This document shows positions 1 to 14,700 of a stretch of DNA of 64,000 bases, in pieces. Every line of letters begins with the position of its first letter. The first letter of the stretch is position 1. The stretch is from NCBI GenBank assembly GCA_951406725.2, contig OX597824.1, forward strand, positions 87,544,001 to 87,608,000. The letters run 5' to 3'. The position numbers and the translations under genes were made by a program. The DNA is from Octopus vulgaris (Eukaryota). The notes beneath the pieces are model-generated. The model was not told where the DNA came from. It was given only the letters and a program-made list of their open reading frames with translations, and made no database searches.

Positions 1-321
1 AATTTAAACTTGGAACATAATGGCAGACGAAATACGGCTACGCATTTTGCCCAGCATGCTAACGTTTCTGCCAGCTCGCCGCATAGGTTGGATGGTTTGA
101 CAGGATCTGATGGGTCCAAGGACTACATCATGCTCCAGTGTCTGCTTTGGCATGATTTCTACAGCTGGATGCCCTTCCCACAGCCAACCACTTTGCAGAG
201 TGTACTATGTACTTTTTACATGGCACCAATACAGGTGCTTTTATGTTGTGCCTAGACAAGTGCTTTTTACTTGACACTGGCAGGATTATTTCTTGCATAG
301 AACCAGCATTAGTGCTTTGTA

Positions 322-880
322 CATGGCGCCAGCACAAGTGCCCCTTTCGTGACACCAGCACAAGTGCCCCTCTCGTGGCGCCAGCACAAGTGCCCCTCTC
401 GTGGCGCCAGCACAAGTGCCCCTCTCGTGGCGCCAGCACAAGTGCCCCTCTCGTGGCGCCAGCACAAGTGCCCCTCTCGTGGCACCAGCACAAATGCCCC
501 TCTCATGGTGCCAACACAAATGCCCCTCTCATGGTGCCAACACAAGTGCCCCTCTCATGGTGCCAACACAAATGCCCCTCACATGGCGCCAACACAAGCA
601 CCCCTAAGATGGCTCCAGCACAAGTGCCCCTCTCATGGCGCAAGCACAAGTGCCCCTCTCATGGCACTAGCACAAGTGCCCCTCACAGGGCACCAACACA
701 AGTGCCCCTCACATGGCACCAACACAAGTGCCCCTCACATGGGGCCAACACAAGTGCCCCTCACAGGGCACCAGCACAAGTGCCCCTAAGATGGCACCAG
801 CACAAATGCCCCTCACATGAGTGCCCTTCACATGATGCTTGCACAAGTGTGTGTGTGTCCATGTGGCGCTGGCACAAGTC
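322..880. repeat. 26-bp minisatellite (CGCCAGCACAAGTGCCCCTCTCGTGG), about 20 copies
   Basis: Tandem repeat visible directly; ORFs across it repeat every 26 aa. Confidence 0.92.
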
Positions 881-1022
881 CCCACCCAACTCTATATGGC
901 ATCACAAGCCTGCAAGACAAAAACAGAAAAGCATAATTTACATAAATAGATTTGTGATATTGGTGGTATTCGTTTATGTTGTATCAAAAACATTTATATT
1001 CCAATATCTTTTCTTCAACCAG

Positions 1023-1093
1023 CATTTTGGCTGAAAGCAAGATTCTGTACCCTCCTGGGAGAAATAGATGAAGCATTTGACTATTTTGATAAG
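1023..1093 (+). CDS. CABIN1: CABIN1 exon ([24 protein letters not shown])
   Basis: ttcttcaaccag acceptor, aag/gtgagt donor; matches the CABIN1 YWLKARF motif. Confidence 0.85.
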
Positions 1094-4000
1094 GTGAGTT
1101 ATCTTTTGATCTTCACATTTGAAATTATTTGTATTTTTCAAAAGTGTTATCTCCATGACCGTAGGAAGATATAACGCCAATGCTTCTGTTTTAACCGTTT
1201 AGTGTTCAGATTACTCTGTTAAATGTAATACTTTTTTTCACTCAAATTGTTTTGAATTAATCACACATTATCTTAAAGCTTTGAAGTTTCAGTGGTGTGA
1301 TAGTTTATTCTTAGAATGTCAATGTAGGTTAGGTGTGAGGGGCTAGATATGGCCAGTTTGAATGTAATACATGTTGGATATTTGGGCCGGATATGGCCGG
1401 CTTAAACACCAAAAGGTTAAATGTTACAGAAGCCAGTCATTAATCAGTTATACTTTTTACCATACATGTGTTTCTGTCATTGATCTACGGCCATGCTGAA
1501 GCACTGCCTTGAAGGGTTTAGTCAAAGAAATTGATCCCAGGACTTCTTTCATACGTCTAGTTATTATTCTGTTAGTCAATTATTCTTTGCTAAACCACTA
1601 AGTTATGGGGATGTTAACAAACCAACACCAGTTATCAAGTAGTAGCAGGGAACAAACACGATGTCACTCACATATACAATGGATTCTACATAGTTTTTGT
1701 CCACTAAATTCACTAACAAGGCATTGGTCAGCCCAGGGCTAGAGTAAAAGACACTTTTCCCAGGTGCCACTCATTGGGACTGAACCCAAGACTGTGTGGT
1801 TGTATAGTGAGCTAATTAACCGCACAGCCATGTCGCTTGTTAAATGACAGCTCCTCTTTGTAAATTGTACAGTCAGAAAGTGAAAAAGACCCCCGTTGGT
1901 CATGAATGACCATAGGTTTGCACCTAGAAAGTTCCTCTCTGAGGCACAAGTCCGAGCAAAGTTGTTTATAGAAGACTAGCAGTCACGCATTCATACCAGC
2001 CTCTCTTCTCCATGGCACCGATGTTATCCAAGGGAAAGGCAAAGGGGCCGATACAGCTTTGCACCAATGATGTTGCATCTCATTTCAACAGCTGAGTGAA
2101 CTGGAGCAATGGGAAATACTGTTTTGTTCAAGGACACAACCCGACCAAGTCCGAGAATTGAACTCACTACCTCGTGGTTGTGAGCCCGACGCTCTAACCA
2201 CTGAGCCAGGCGCCTTCACACAGTCAGTGAAAGGAAGCTGTAAATACACTAGAAATTTAAATGCTTCAGTAAACTCTAAAAACCTTTTGTTTCTATTATC
2301 AGTTTGTTCGTAAGATGTTCTCATGATGCCTTTTGTTTTCTTTTCACTCAGGTATTGCAGTACCTAGCATACGCTGAAGAGAATATATCTTTATCCAGTG
2401 TCCATTTACCCAACTGCCACATGGATGAAGTCATTTCAGCAGGTAAGAAGTTAGCATTTACTAAAAACTTGCATATATATATACATACATACATGTGTGT
2501 GTGTGTGTGTGTTTGTGTATGCAAAGGGGTACTGAAAAGTCCTGATTTTAAGGCAAGGGTCTCAACTACTGGGGGTGGGGTCAATGAGACTATTCAAGGG
2601 GTCAATAAATGCATATCTACTTATTATTATTTATTTTCTTGTACATGCTCGGGGGTCAATGACGGGTCAAGGATTCTATGAAGGGGTTGATGGTCTAAAA
2701 AATTTGGGGACCCTTGCTTTAAGGGTATCATGAAAGGCTTGTTTGGAGACCCAACCTTCTGCGTTCTTTTACAAGAACAATTGAAAGATCCCTGCAATAA
2801 CTGAATCTGCGAGGGGAATATGTTGAAAAATATCATAACTGATCCTCCTGTATTTTCTGTTACTCAAAGCCAGGAACTTTTCAGCACCCCACTCATATGT
2901 ATGTATGTATGTATATGTGGATGGACGGATGGTTGGTTGGTTGGTTGGTGGACTCTCCTAACGAATGAGCACACAGCTTTTGTCAAATGAATTGTTTATA
3001 GTGATCAAAATATGTACATGTAGACGCAGGTGTGGCTATGTGGTAAGAACCATTTAGACAATGTCCTTTATTTTCAATCTTCCATGCAAACCTGTCTGGC
3101 CAAGAGGCAATGTTACCTTACTTAATAACAGGTGAGTGTCAGTGGCATGATGGGTATCCAGCTATAGAAAAATCTGTCTCAACAGATTATATCCAACCCA
3201 TGCAAGCATGGAAAAGCAGACGTTAAAACAACAACAATGATGAATGAATGAAGCGTGGCCAACTATGCAATCCTAACCTGCTGTCAGTAATTTTAAATGG
3301 GAGCGACGTTTCCATTCTTGCAGGTCGTTGCTTGAGAACAAGTTAAATAATTAATATTTGTGACGTTCAGATATGTACCAGTCATTACTGGTTCAGAATC
3401 GAAATCGATCAATGGAAATTGCAGATGTGTTACCAGTGCCGGTGGCATGTCGAAACTCTACTTGTGAAGACCCGTTGAGGCAAGTGAGGATCAGAATCGA
3501 TCAATGGAAATCGATCAATGGAAATTGCAGATGTGTTACCAGTGCCGGTGGCATGTAAGAGAACCTTCCATTTCGCGACCGTTGCCAGCACCGCCCCGTT
3601 TCGTGTCCGTTGCCAGCCTCGCCTGGCCCTCGTGCCGGTGGCACATAAAAAGCACCATCCGTTCGTGGCCGTTTGCCAGCTCTGTCTGCCACCTGTGCGG
3701 GTGGCACGTAAAAAGCACCCACTACACTCTCGGAGTGATTGGCGTTAGGAAGGGCATCCAGCCGTAGAAACACTGCCAGATTTGACTGGGCCTGATGAAG
3801 CCTTCTGGTTTCACAGACCCCAGTAGAACCGTCCAACCCATGCTAGCATGGAAAACGGACGCTAAACGACGATGATGATGATGATTACTGATAGGGAAAT
3901 ATTTTTACTATTTCAGAGAAAGTCAAGAAACAACAAGATTTATTGAAGCGTTGCCAGTCCCTTGAGAAAACCCAGAAACTATATGAGTGTGAAGAATATG

Positions 4001-5541
4001 CTGAAGTCGTAGATCTGTTGAAGTTAACGTTCTCAGATCCTCTTGACAAACCCAAAAGAAATGTACTTGTTACAACTTCTGCTGAAGTAAGCTTCTTCTT
4101 TTGCAGTATTTCTTAAACTATTTTGTACCTTTATTTATATGTATATATATGATGGTCATCACTCGTGACCAAGGAAGACCATGGGCATATGGCATAGTGG
4201 TTAAATTATTACTATTACTACTACCACCAAGGTAGCAAGCTGGCAAAATTGTTAACATGCCGGACAAAATGCTTAACAGCATTTCTTCTAACAGTTTACA
4301 TTCTGAATTCAAATGCTACCCAGGTCAACTTGACCTTTCAATATTTTGATTGTCGATTAAATAACTACCAGTCAGATACTAGGGTTGATATGATTAATCA
4401 GTGCCCCCACCAACACCTCTCACCCTCTCCTAAAATTTCAGGCCTTGTGCCCATAGTAGAAAAGATTACTTTTATTACTACTACTATTCCTTGAGTTGAT
4501 TTGGTCTGGAGGAAGGGGCTGTGACCATTTGACCTCTGGAAACTTTCTGAAACTGATGAGACCTACATTCCTTTTGCTCTGCTACAGATCAACGGCTGCT
4601 AGAAAAACATGTGCAGAAAGTGGGTTCCAAAAGAACATTGTTCTGAGAAGGAAGGGCTGGGTATCATGATCATTGTGGGGCCTTAAGGGCGAACCCAATG
4701 TTGATGTCGAATGCAGGGGACAAGTCAGTGGGGCTGGTGTGTAGGAGGAGGTAGCATTTAACAAACCAGCTTTGAGGAACGAATGTCCTCGTAGGAACAG
4801 CAAAAAGGGTGTAGAGCGGAAACAACACATCTGTGGGCCAGAGGTCAGAGTGTGATGTCAAGTGAATTGATGGCAGTCTGTTAATTGGGTGGCTCTTATG
4901 TGTGGAAGGTTAGGGAGAAATGAAGGGTAAGTATCATGCATTGAAGTGGGTCTTATTGGGGGTGATGGCAAGAAGGTAACTGATGTATCAGAATGTTTAT
5001 CCTGAAGAATTCTTCAGTTGACAGTGTAGGTCAGAAAGGGCTCCATCAGTATATTCTACAAGGATCTGATTTGACTGAGCCAAAAATACAAGGAATAGAT
5101 GCAGGGAAATTTAGATGGAATGTATTCCCTAGAATTGAGTTTCACTAAAGGTACTAATGATGGTGTTGATCTGGCCGGGGGTGTTTTACCTACACAGGTT
5201 TCTAATGTTTGTCATTCTATTTAAATCCTAAATTCTTTTCTTTATTTGCGTATTTTCACAGCTTTTAGAGGCAGGTATAGCAATTCCTGACAGACGAGCT
5301 CAGTTACAGCTGATGATGGATTCTTTATCAAAATTAAATAACCCTCAGGTAAGACATCAATATAAATTGACTTGAGTGGTTAATAGACCAGAATACTTAC
5401 TCAACCGACCTTGTCATCATAAAAAAAAAACAGACATTAAAACAATCACTTGCAGTACCTTTTTCACGATAAGAAGATAGTTTTGCATATTTAAATATGC
5501 TCATCACAGTACTATTCCCTTTACTCACTCAAACTCTACAG

Positions 5542-5605
<64 letters not shown>

Positions 5606-8600
5606 ACTTGCTTCCCTTCTTTCAGAAGTATAATTTGTATGTATGTATGTGTGTATATATATGTGTATGTGTGTATATATGTGTGTGTATATATGTGCGT
5701 GTGTGTATATATATGTGTATGTGTGTGTATATATGTATGTGTGTGTATATATATGTATGTGCGTGTGTATGTATATATATGTGTGTGTGTGTATATGTAT
5801 GTATGTATATATATATATATGTATGTGTGTGTGTATGTATATATATAATTGATATGTGAAATATTTTTATTTTCCAGAAATATGTTTTGTGGGGTGAAGT
5901 TATATTTAACGAGAGTCTGCAGATGTACAGAGAAAGCAATTCTCACACCGTTAAAGATGACTGGATTGCTTTTATGATCCAGCTTTTCGCTGGAATGGAT
6001 GAGTTCGTATATTCTTTTTTTTAAATTCCTCAGTTTCTATGTATTTTTGGCAATCATCAACACGGCAAATTTTACATAGTTTAAACATTCATTAACAATA
6101 CAATTATAGTTTCCCTGTAGTTTGTGCACGGTATGATTTTTTTTTCTGAATTTCCTCCACGATGAATGATCTACGTCCACCTTGTACCATCTCATCGTAG
6201 TGTCCTTCCCATTTTAAAATGGCAGGGTGTTATTGGGAGTGGAACCTCTGTTCTTTTACACAGGTAAAGCATCCATGCACAGGTTCCTCTTATTGAAAAT
6301 ATTAATGGAAACTAGTAGTAAAATTAGTGAATTACTTCTTTATTTGACTGACAGTAAAAGATTGTTATTAATAGTTGTTTCTAATTTAAGCACAAGGCTA
6401 GCATTTTTTAAGGGAGAGGCTAGTTACATATATATAATGAAATTATTGTATACAGTGCTCAGGTGCACCACAACTTGTCAAAAGTGTGTATAAAGCATAT
6501 GCAGTAATGTAGAAATGTCTGGAAAGTGAACAGTGTATGAGTCAGATAGATGCTTGTGCATGTATGGAGGGGAGAAAATCAGGTGTGGCGTTGGCGAATC
6601 TCAGGAAGCATGGAAGTTTTGAAGGATGCAGTGCTCCGACAACTAACAACTGATGCTGGCAGTTTGTTCCATGCTTCAGCAACTCTTAGTGTGAAAAAAT
6701 GTTTCTGAAAGTCATGGGAGCTGTGCTGTTTTCTGACTTTGTAAACATGTCCACGGGTGTTAGACAGGTGGAGTTTGAAAAGGTGCTCAGAGTTATTGTT
6801 TGTAAGATGGTTAATAATTTGATGAGTGTCTGCCAAGTCAGCTGCCAGACGTCGGAGTTTCAATGTATCCATGCCCAGGGAAGTAAGGCGTTCAGAATAT
6901 GGCAGTTGATTACATCAACCCATTTTTGGTTGATACTTTATTTATTACCCCCAGAGGGATGAAAGACAAAGTTGGTCATGGAGTTTGAACTCAGTATAAA
7001 GAGTCATAACAAATACTGGAGCAATTGTTAATAATATAGTTTAATGATTTTGTTTCCTAAAAACGAAAGCAGAATTATATCATCATCATCATCGTCATCA
7101 TTTAACATCCATGTTCCATGGTGTGACAGAATCCATTTTACAGCATATACTGTATGCTTTTTTCGTGTCACCAGCACCCCCTGAGGTCTCCATGCAAAAC
7201 TACAAATCCAAATGGAAGCTTGGGGTTGGTTAGGGGTCAGCTTTATGCTAGGAGATGAGGGTCTAAAATAGAAGCGTTGGGAAGCTTAAAAACTAACACA
7301 GGAAAGGTATTTAAAACAAAGTAGTATTTTAATATTTTTTGGTTATTTTCTTCTTTGCTTACTGTTTTTCTTTTAGGTTTTCAATGCTGTTGCCCTTTAA
7401 AATCTTCTGTCTGTAACATCTGTTTCCATTTTGTTTTGTAGAGCCATCCTAAATGAACCATCAAGCATAAAAGAACTAACTCCAGCCTGTACTCTACGGA
7501 TTGCTAAAAATTTAATTAGAGTGATTTCAGATTCTGTCGATGTACCAGAGTACGCTACTGATATGCCTATTCCTACTGTTTTACCGTGGAAATTGCTGTA
7601 TCACATTATCAGAAAGTTAGTACTTTTAACAATACTTATTTTGTTAAATTAGTAATTATTCAAGTTACTGTGTACATTTTTGTATACTGCAACACTTTGC
7701 TATCTGTGCTGTATGTTGTGTTTTTCCCTTTCTGTTTCCTTATGTATGCCTATTTCTTTACTACCCACAAGGGGCTAAACACAGAGAGGACAAAACAAGG
7801 ACAGGCAAACGGATTAAGTCGATTATATCGACCCCAGTGCGTAACTGATACTTATTTAATCGACCCCGAAAGGATGAAAGGCAAAGTCGACCTCAGCGGA
7901 ATTTGAACTCAGAACGTAGCGGCAGACGAAATACCTATTTCTTTACTACCCACAAGGGGCTAAACACAGAGGGGACAAAACAAGGACAGACAAACGGATT
8001 AAGTCGATTATATCGACCCCAATGCGTAACTGGTACTTATTTAATCGACCCCGAAAAGATGAAAGGTAAAGTCGACCTTGGCGGAATTTGAACTCACAAC
8101 GTAACGGCAGACGAAATACGGCTAAGCATTTCGCCCGGCGTGCTAACGTTTCTGCCTGCTCACCACCAAGTTGCCAGCTTTCCTTATGTATGCCATCATA
8201 CTGATGTCTACCAATAACTCTGCTGCATACAAAATCTTTTCATTAGAAAAGCTTATAAATCTTCTGATTGGTTAAAGTTATCGTCAATATGTATGTTAAT
8301 GATTTTTTTTATGAATTTTCACAATTTAAAATGAAAGATTAAAAAAATAGCAGCACACTGGTTAACTCTTTTGATACTAACCTGTCCAAGACTACTCCTC
8401 ATCCTATGACACACACTTCTAGTTCTAAGATGATATGCACCAGATGTTCTCAACTATTTTTTACCGATGGACCTTTTGATTCCTGTTTTACTCAATGGTG
8501 GACCCTCATAGCCATTCGATGTCTAAAAACTCCTGTTATACTTTTATGATTAAAATATTTTTAGGAATTTTATAAAATGTTTAAATATTTTATGTTTAGT

Positions 8601-11600
8601 AGAAATGTGGTTAGGATATATATATATATATACATAAAGTTAATCCAAAGAAGAAAGCACAAAAAAACACAACAACGCGAGGACGTGGAACAATTATAGT
8701 ATTATTGGACGCTCAGGAAAGAAGTAGGGTTTAACATTTCGAGCGGAGCTCTTCGTCGGAAACATAGAAGGAAAGATCCAGAGAAGGAAAGACAGAGGAA
8801 AAAATCGCCAACGGTACACACGAGGTCACATTACAAGGAAATTCATTCCAAAGCCATCAATCCTTTGGAGAATTGACTTAGTTCTAAAATCATCTGTTCT
8901 GAAGTAGAATAGATTTAGTTTAGTTCCTGAACCATAATTTTCTTGTAACTTGTAAGAATGCCACGAATATTTGTAAAAGTATTTACACAAACAGTTTTCT
9001 CTGTAGTGTATTTGAGGACGTTGAATTGTTTTATTAAATTTTCATTTGATTCTTTACAGTGAAGAATCTAAACTGCACTCGACTCAAGCAGCGAATAAAT
9101 CTGAAGGTGAACTCTTAGATAATTCTCTGAGCTCATCACTAATGTTGCTGAATGTGGCACATGATTACCTGGGCAGGTAAGTAATGTCTACTTATTGTAC
9201 TGAAACCATATTTCTAACGATGGGGTATAGTATTTGTTCCCAGTGTATGGCGTTGTGAGGAGATGTCTTCTACATCCTTGGGCTAACAGATGCCTTGAGA
9301 GTGGAATTTGTAGATAGAAACTGTAAGAAGATTGTTATATAGGCGCAGGAGTGGCTCTGTGGTAAGTAGCTTGCTTACGAACCACATGGTTCCGGGTTCA
9401 GTCCCACTGCGTGGCACCTTGGGAAAGTGTCTTCTACTATAGCCTCGGGCCAACCAAAGCCTTGTGAGTGGATTTGGTAGACGGAAACTGAAAGAAGCCC
9501 GTCGTATATATGTATATATATGTGTATGTTTGTGTGTTGTGTTTGTCCCCCCCAACATCGCTTGACAACCGATGCTGGTGTGTTTACGTCCCTGAAACTT
9601 AGTGGTTCGGCAAAAGAGACCGATAGAATAAGTACTAGGCTTATAAAGAATAAGTCCTGGGGTTAATTTCCTCGGCTAAAGGCGGTGCTCCAGCATGACC
9701 ACAGTCAGATGACTGAAACAAGACAATGAGAATGAGTAAATATATAGTGAAGGTACTTGCTTCAGTGGTTTGGGTGTGTTGAACTCATGACCATATATAT
9801 AGGGTGAAGTCATGACCATTGCCGGTGTTGTGTAAATGGCACCCATGCAGGTGGCACATAAAAACCACCTGTTACACACTCAGAGTGGTTGGCATTAGGA
9901 AGGGCATCCAGCCATAGAAACCAAGCCAAATCAGACTGGAACCTGGTGCAGCTCTCCAGCTTGCCAACTCTAGTCAGACCAACCAACCCATGCCAGCATG
10001 GAAAACAGACATTAAATGATGATGGTGATTGATATGTGTGCGTATACGCTTGTCTTGACATCATATGATGGTTTTGAGTGAGCATCACCATCATAACAAA
10101 TGATGTTGTTTGTTTCTAGTCCCCCATGAAAAAATGTGTCTGGCCATGAGAAATATTACCTTGCTGGAAAACAAGTGAGGATTGGCAACAGGAAGGGCAT
10201 CCAGCTGTGGAAAAGTCTACTTCAATAATTTCTGTACAAGCATGGAAAAATGGCAGTTAAACGATGAGGAGGAGGTGGAGGATGGCTTAGATTTCTAGAT
10301 ATATTATTGTGGTAGCAGGGTTGCTTTCTCATTCGTAATTAAAACCTTAATGACTGTATCCTGTAGTTTTAATTATTATGATTTTATTTTCCCAGACATT
10401 CCTGGTGCACGAGATCAGATGGAGAACTTTTAGTATTTTTTATGTCCGTTATCAAAGAGGAAAGAGCTCATTATCCCGAAGATGCAAAGCATGCGTTCAA
10501 AGATGAACTTGACCAAGCCTTTGAGCAATGTATTTATTGTTTGTATGGACATCCAACTAAAAAAGGCAAATCCAAGTATCTTCAAGACCACAATGCATTA
10601 CAGGTAAATGTTCAAAATATTAGTAAGCAAATGTGTTTGTGTGTGTGTCTGAAATATATGATCTTTGTCTTAATCTCCTGTCCAAACTAACAAGGTGGAT
10701 GGTTAGACATTAGAAGGATAAGTTATCAAATCAGGAGGCAGTGGGAGGTGATCCAGTGTGAGCAAACTTGGTAAAGAGAAAGATTGATAAAACTCAGTTA
10801 GACAGCAAATGCAAAATCTGTGGAAAAGGAGATGAAAGTATCAACCATCGCTTAAGTGAATGCTGTAAGCTTGCACAAAAAGGGCATCAGTGCAGGCGTG
10901 ACTGTGTTGGTAAAAGATTGCATTGGGATGTGTGTCGAGTGTGTGGATTTGAAGTAGCAGAAAAATGGTGAGCCAGAGGTTGTGATAGTAAATGATGATT
11001 ACAAGTTTTGTGGTCTTTCTCCATAAGGACTGACTATACTGTTAAAGCAAGGAGACCAGATATGATTGTAGAGGTCAAAAGAAACAGTAGTGTAAGATCA
11101 TCATAGACCTTGTAATACCAGATTATAACAGGCTGAATATCAAAAGAAATTGAGAAATATTGGGATCTAGCCAGAGAGATGAAGCAATTGTGGAAGACAA
11201 AGGTGACAATTCTTGTGGTAATTGGTGCACTTGGCATCACAGCTAGACTGGTGAAGGATATAGAATTGATATGCAGAAAATTGCAATCCTGTATTCTGCA
11301 AGACTCTTAAGATTCCACTCATAAAAAGTAATGTGTTGGATGATTACTTATAATTAATATCAAAGCAATTAATTTTCTCTACTTGGCTCCGTTATCTCAG
11401 TAATCATGTAAATTTCCAGTTACCGTTTATTAATTCAGTTCTATAGAACACTCAGTCAAATTTTACTTTGAAAATTTCATTTTTCAGTGATTGTAAATGA
11501 ATGCAATTTGGTTCACAACTGTTTTGCTTATTTCAGATTAATCTGAACTGGGAAATGTCTCAAGTATTGTTCGATTACTTTAAACCTAAGACCGTGCCAG

Positions 11601-11712
11601 AATTTGACAGTTACAAGACTAGCACTGTATCAGGAGAGGTAAATTATGTTTCTTTCTTATGGTTTTTTGCAGTGTGAAGAAGTATAATCACAACATTAAC
11701 ACACCACAAATT

Positions 11713-11743
<31 letters not shown>

Positions 11744-14700
11744 GCTATTGCTTTTTAACCTCTCAGTATTTGACCAGCCAGAACTAACTTCTGACACCTA
11801 CCCTACAATATAATTCTAAAAATAAATAATCACATCATCAAAATATCAAAGCTACAAGGCAATCATCCCCAGGACTTATTCTTTGTAAGCCTAGTACTTA
11901 TTCTATCGGCCCCTTTTGCCGAACTGCTTTGTTTTGTGGACGTAAAGACACCAGCATCAGTTATCAAGTGATGTTGTGGGGGACAGATAAATAAATAAAT
12001 GCATGCATGCATACATGCATACATACATACATACATACATACATACATACATACATGCATTTAGTATTTTAGTATTTCTAAATTGAATTTTCCCTGTAAG
12101 TTTGGAATAATATTCCCTCAAATTATTATTATATATATACGACGGGCTTCTTTCAGTTTCCATCTACCAAATCCACTCACAAGATTATAGTACAAGACAC
12201 TTGCCCAAGGTGCCACAGAGTGGGACTGATGCATTAAAAGTACTTGACTTTCAATGGCTTAATCCATTTAACAGTAAATCTATTCCAATCTGAGTCTCGT
12301 ACATCACTAATATCTTAATTTATGAAATACCAATTTGTTTCTAATCACTGTTTGTCACAAAGATAATATAATTACTTAATGTATTTTGACACTACACTTT
12401 TTGACAATTATTTCCTTTTATTTATTTATTTCCAATTCATATTTATATTCACAATGCAATTATAATCATTTGCTGTTTTTTAATTATTGAAGCTGGAGAA
12501 TTTAGCCCGAAGAATCACTTTGTTGGTACCAAAGGAAAAGAATCCAGGTATATTTTGATTTCCATTTCCTTCTCTAAACATTTCCTTCTATTTTATTTAC
12601 TTGCTTATATTCTAATGGAGTGCGTTTAGGAAGTCTTATAGAGCATCTGTAATTGTACAACATTGAAATATTCAAGTACTGCTTCTCTGATGAGAAATCT
12701 AAATCCTTAAGATATAATTGTGGTATGTTAAGAATATTAGGCTCACATGGTGAGTGCTAGACTAAATCCTATTTATATTGATTTGAAGATATAGGCATAG
12801 CTGAATCATGAAGTTACAATCTTAAGTTAATTAACCTTTTAGCATTTAAACCAGCTATATCTGGCCCAAATATTTTACTAGTTTTATGTTCATACTGGTC
12901 AGATCCGACCTCTCACGTCTACCCTACAATGTCATTCTAAAAATACACGATCACATCATTAAAATTTTGTAGCTACATAGTAATGTAGGGTTAATTCAAA
13001 ACAATGTGAATGAATAAGCATTAGATTTGATAAGAATAATTTGAATGCTAAAGAGTTAAATGGCTATTTTCAATATTGGTAACTGTTTTGTTCCATTTTC
13101 TTTTGTAAGCTAATACATACGAGTCTGTCCTCGCCTACATTGAAGGACAACACAACGATCCACCATTTATACCTCCTGATAAACCTGTCACAACGTACGT
13201 ACAAATATGTTATTACTTAACTTCTTTTTTTTTACATACTTTGTTATATCTTGTCAAAGCTAAGCTAATTATAATTATAATCTATGTAAAATTTTTGGTA
13301 GAATACTATAGTTCATAAAAGCACACGCACTATATATTTGGTGTCACTTTGCTTCAGCATTATTTATTTTTTACATTAATCTTAATCTTATTTCGGCCAG
13401 AGTTCTTTCGTCACACTCCTGTGACCTCATCAGTGGTCCTTTGCTTTCTTCTTTCTTATTTGTGTGTCTCTCCTTACTAACCGTCAGGAAATACAAAATA
13501 GCTGACCGTTGGTAAGGAGAGGCACACAAATAAGAAAGAAGAAAGCAAAGGACCACTGATGAGGTCATAGGAGTGTGACGAAAGAACTCTGGCCGAAATA
13601 AGATTAAGATTAATGTAAAAAATAAATAACACTGAAGCAAAGTAACACCAAATAAATAGTGCATGTGTTTTTATTGGCTAAACTGGCAAAATGACCATTC
13701 CTAAATACAACATCTGTTTCAACACACAATTTCACATCAAAAATCTTGCAAAGCAAATATATAAACGTAACTATAGTTCAGTTTATCCATTCATATCAGT
13801 ACACAAAATATTCTATGAATCTTTAAGATATTCAAAGAACTACATTCTGTTAATTTTATTTCTAGAGTAAAATATTTCGAAATTGGTTTTTATGGAGAAC
13901 CACTTGATCTCAGTTTCCTTGTATGTTTTTTAGTGCTATTGTCAAAGAGCTGTTTTACCTACTGGCGGATTATTATTTCAAGAACAAAGAGCAAGTGTAA
14001 GTTTGTTTGTTTTTTGTTGTTGTTGTTGTCTTTTAATTGCAAACCAACTACTAGTTTCTACTATATTCCCAGACAGTTTTCACCACCATCCTCTTCTTCC
14101 AACTCATCTGTAATATCATCATCATCATCATCGTTTAACGTCTGTTTTCCATGCTAGCATGGGTTGGACGGTTCGACCGAGGTCTGGGAAGCCAGGAGGC
14201 TGCACCAGGCTCCAGTCTGATCTGCCAGTGTTTCTACAGCTGGATGCTCTTCCTAACGCCAACCACTCCGTGAGTGTAGTGGGTGCTTTTTACGTGCCAC
14301 CGGCACAGGGGCCAGAGGAGGCTGGCAACGGCCACAATCGGTTGGTGCTTTTTACGTGCCACCGGCACAGAAGCCAGTCGGGGCGGTGCTGGCATCGGCC
14401 ACGTTTGGATGGTGCTTTTTACGTGCCACTGGCACGGGTATCACAACTAAAATTTCCATTTGATTTTTATTTTGATGTTGACGTACTTGACTCAATAGGT
14501 CTCAAGCACAATATGTACATAATAAAAAGTCGGTGAAGTACTCTCAAATTTTAGGACTCGTAGCTGGTTTCCATAGCACATAAGTGATGGCAGTCACAAC
14601 ATTCCCTAACTCTGTCCATTACAGAGTTCACTGGAACAATGTTAAACTGTTTTGCTCAAGAATACAATGCACTGCCCAATCTGGGAATTGAAACCACAAT

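Noticed and set aside
322-880. CRISPR-like array
   Set aside because: Repeats are contiguous with no unique spacers, there are no cas genes, and the context is eukaryotic.
128-1034. Overlapping repetitive ORFs up to 275 aa
   Set aside because: They arise from a 26-bp minisatellite that lacks stop codons in several frames; the region is intronic.
5497-5946. Cys/Val/Tyr- and His/Thr-rich ORFs (also 23198-23637 and 53576-53997)
   Set aside because: Translations of (GT/AT)n microsatellites.
7751-8165. Hammerhead or HDV-like ribozyme inside the multimeric SINE unit
   Set aside because: I found no CUGANGA-type core or convincing nested pseudoknot by eye on either strand; a covariance-model search is still needed.
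13556-13600. Alternative hammerhead fold using the second GAAA (ggccgaaat)
   Set aside because: It gives a stem II but no stem I partner; the fold using the first GAAA satisfies all three stems.
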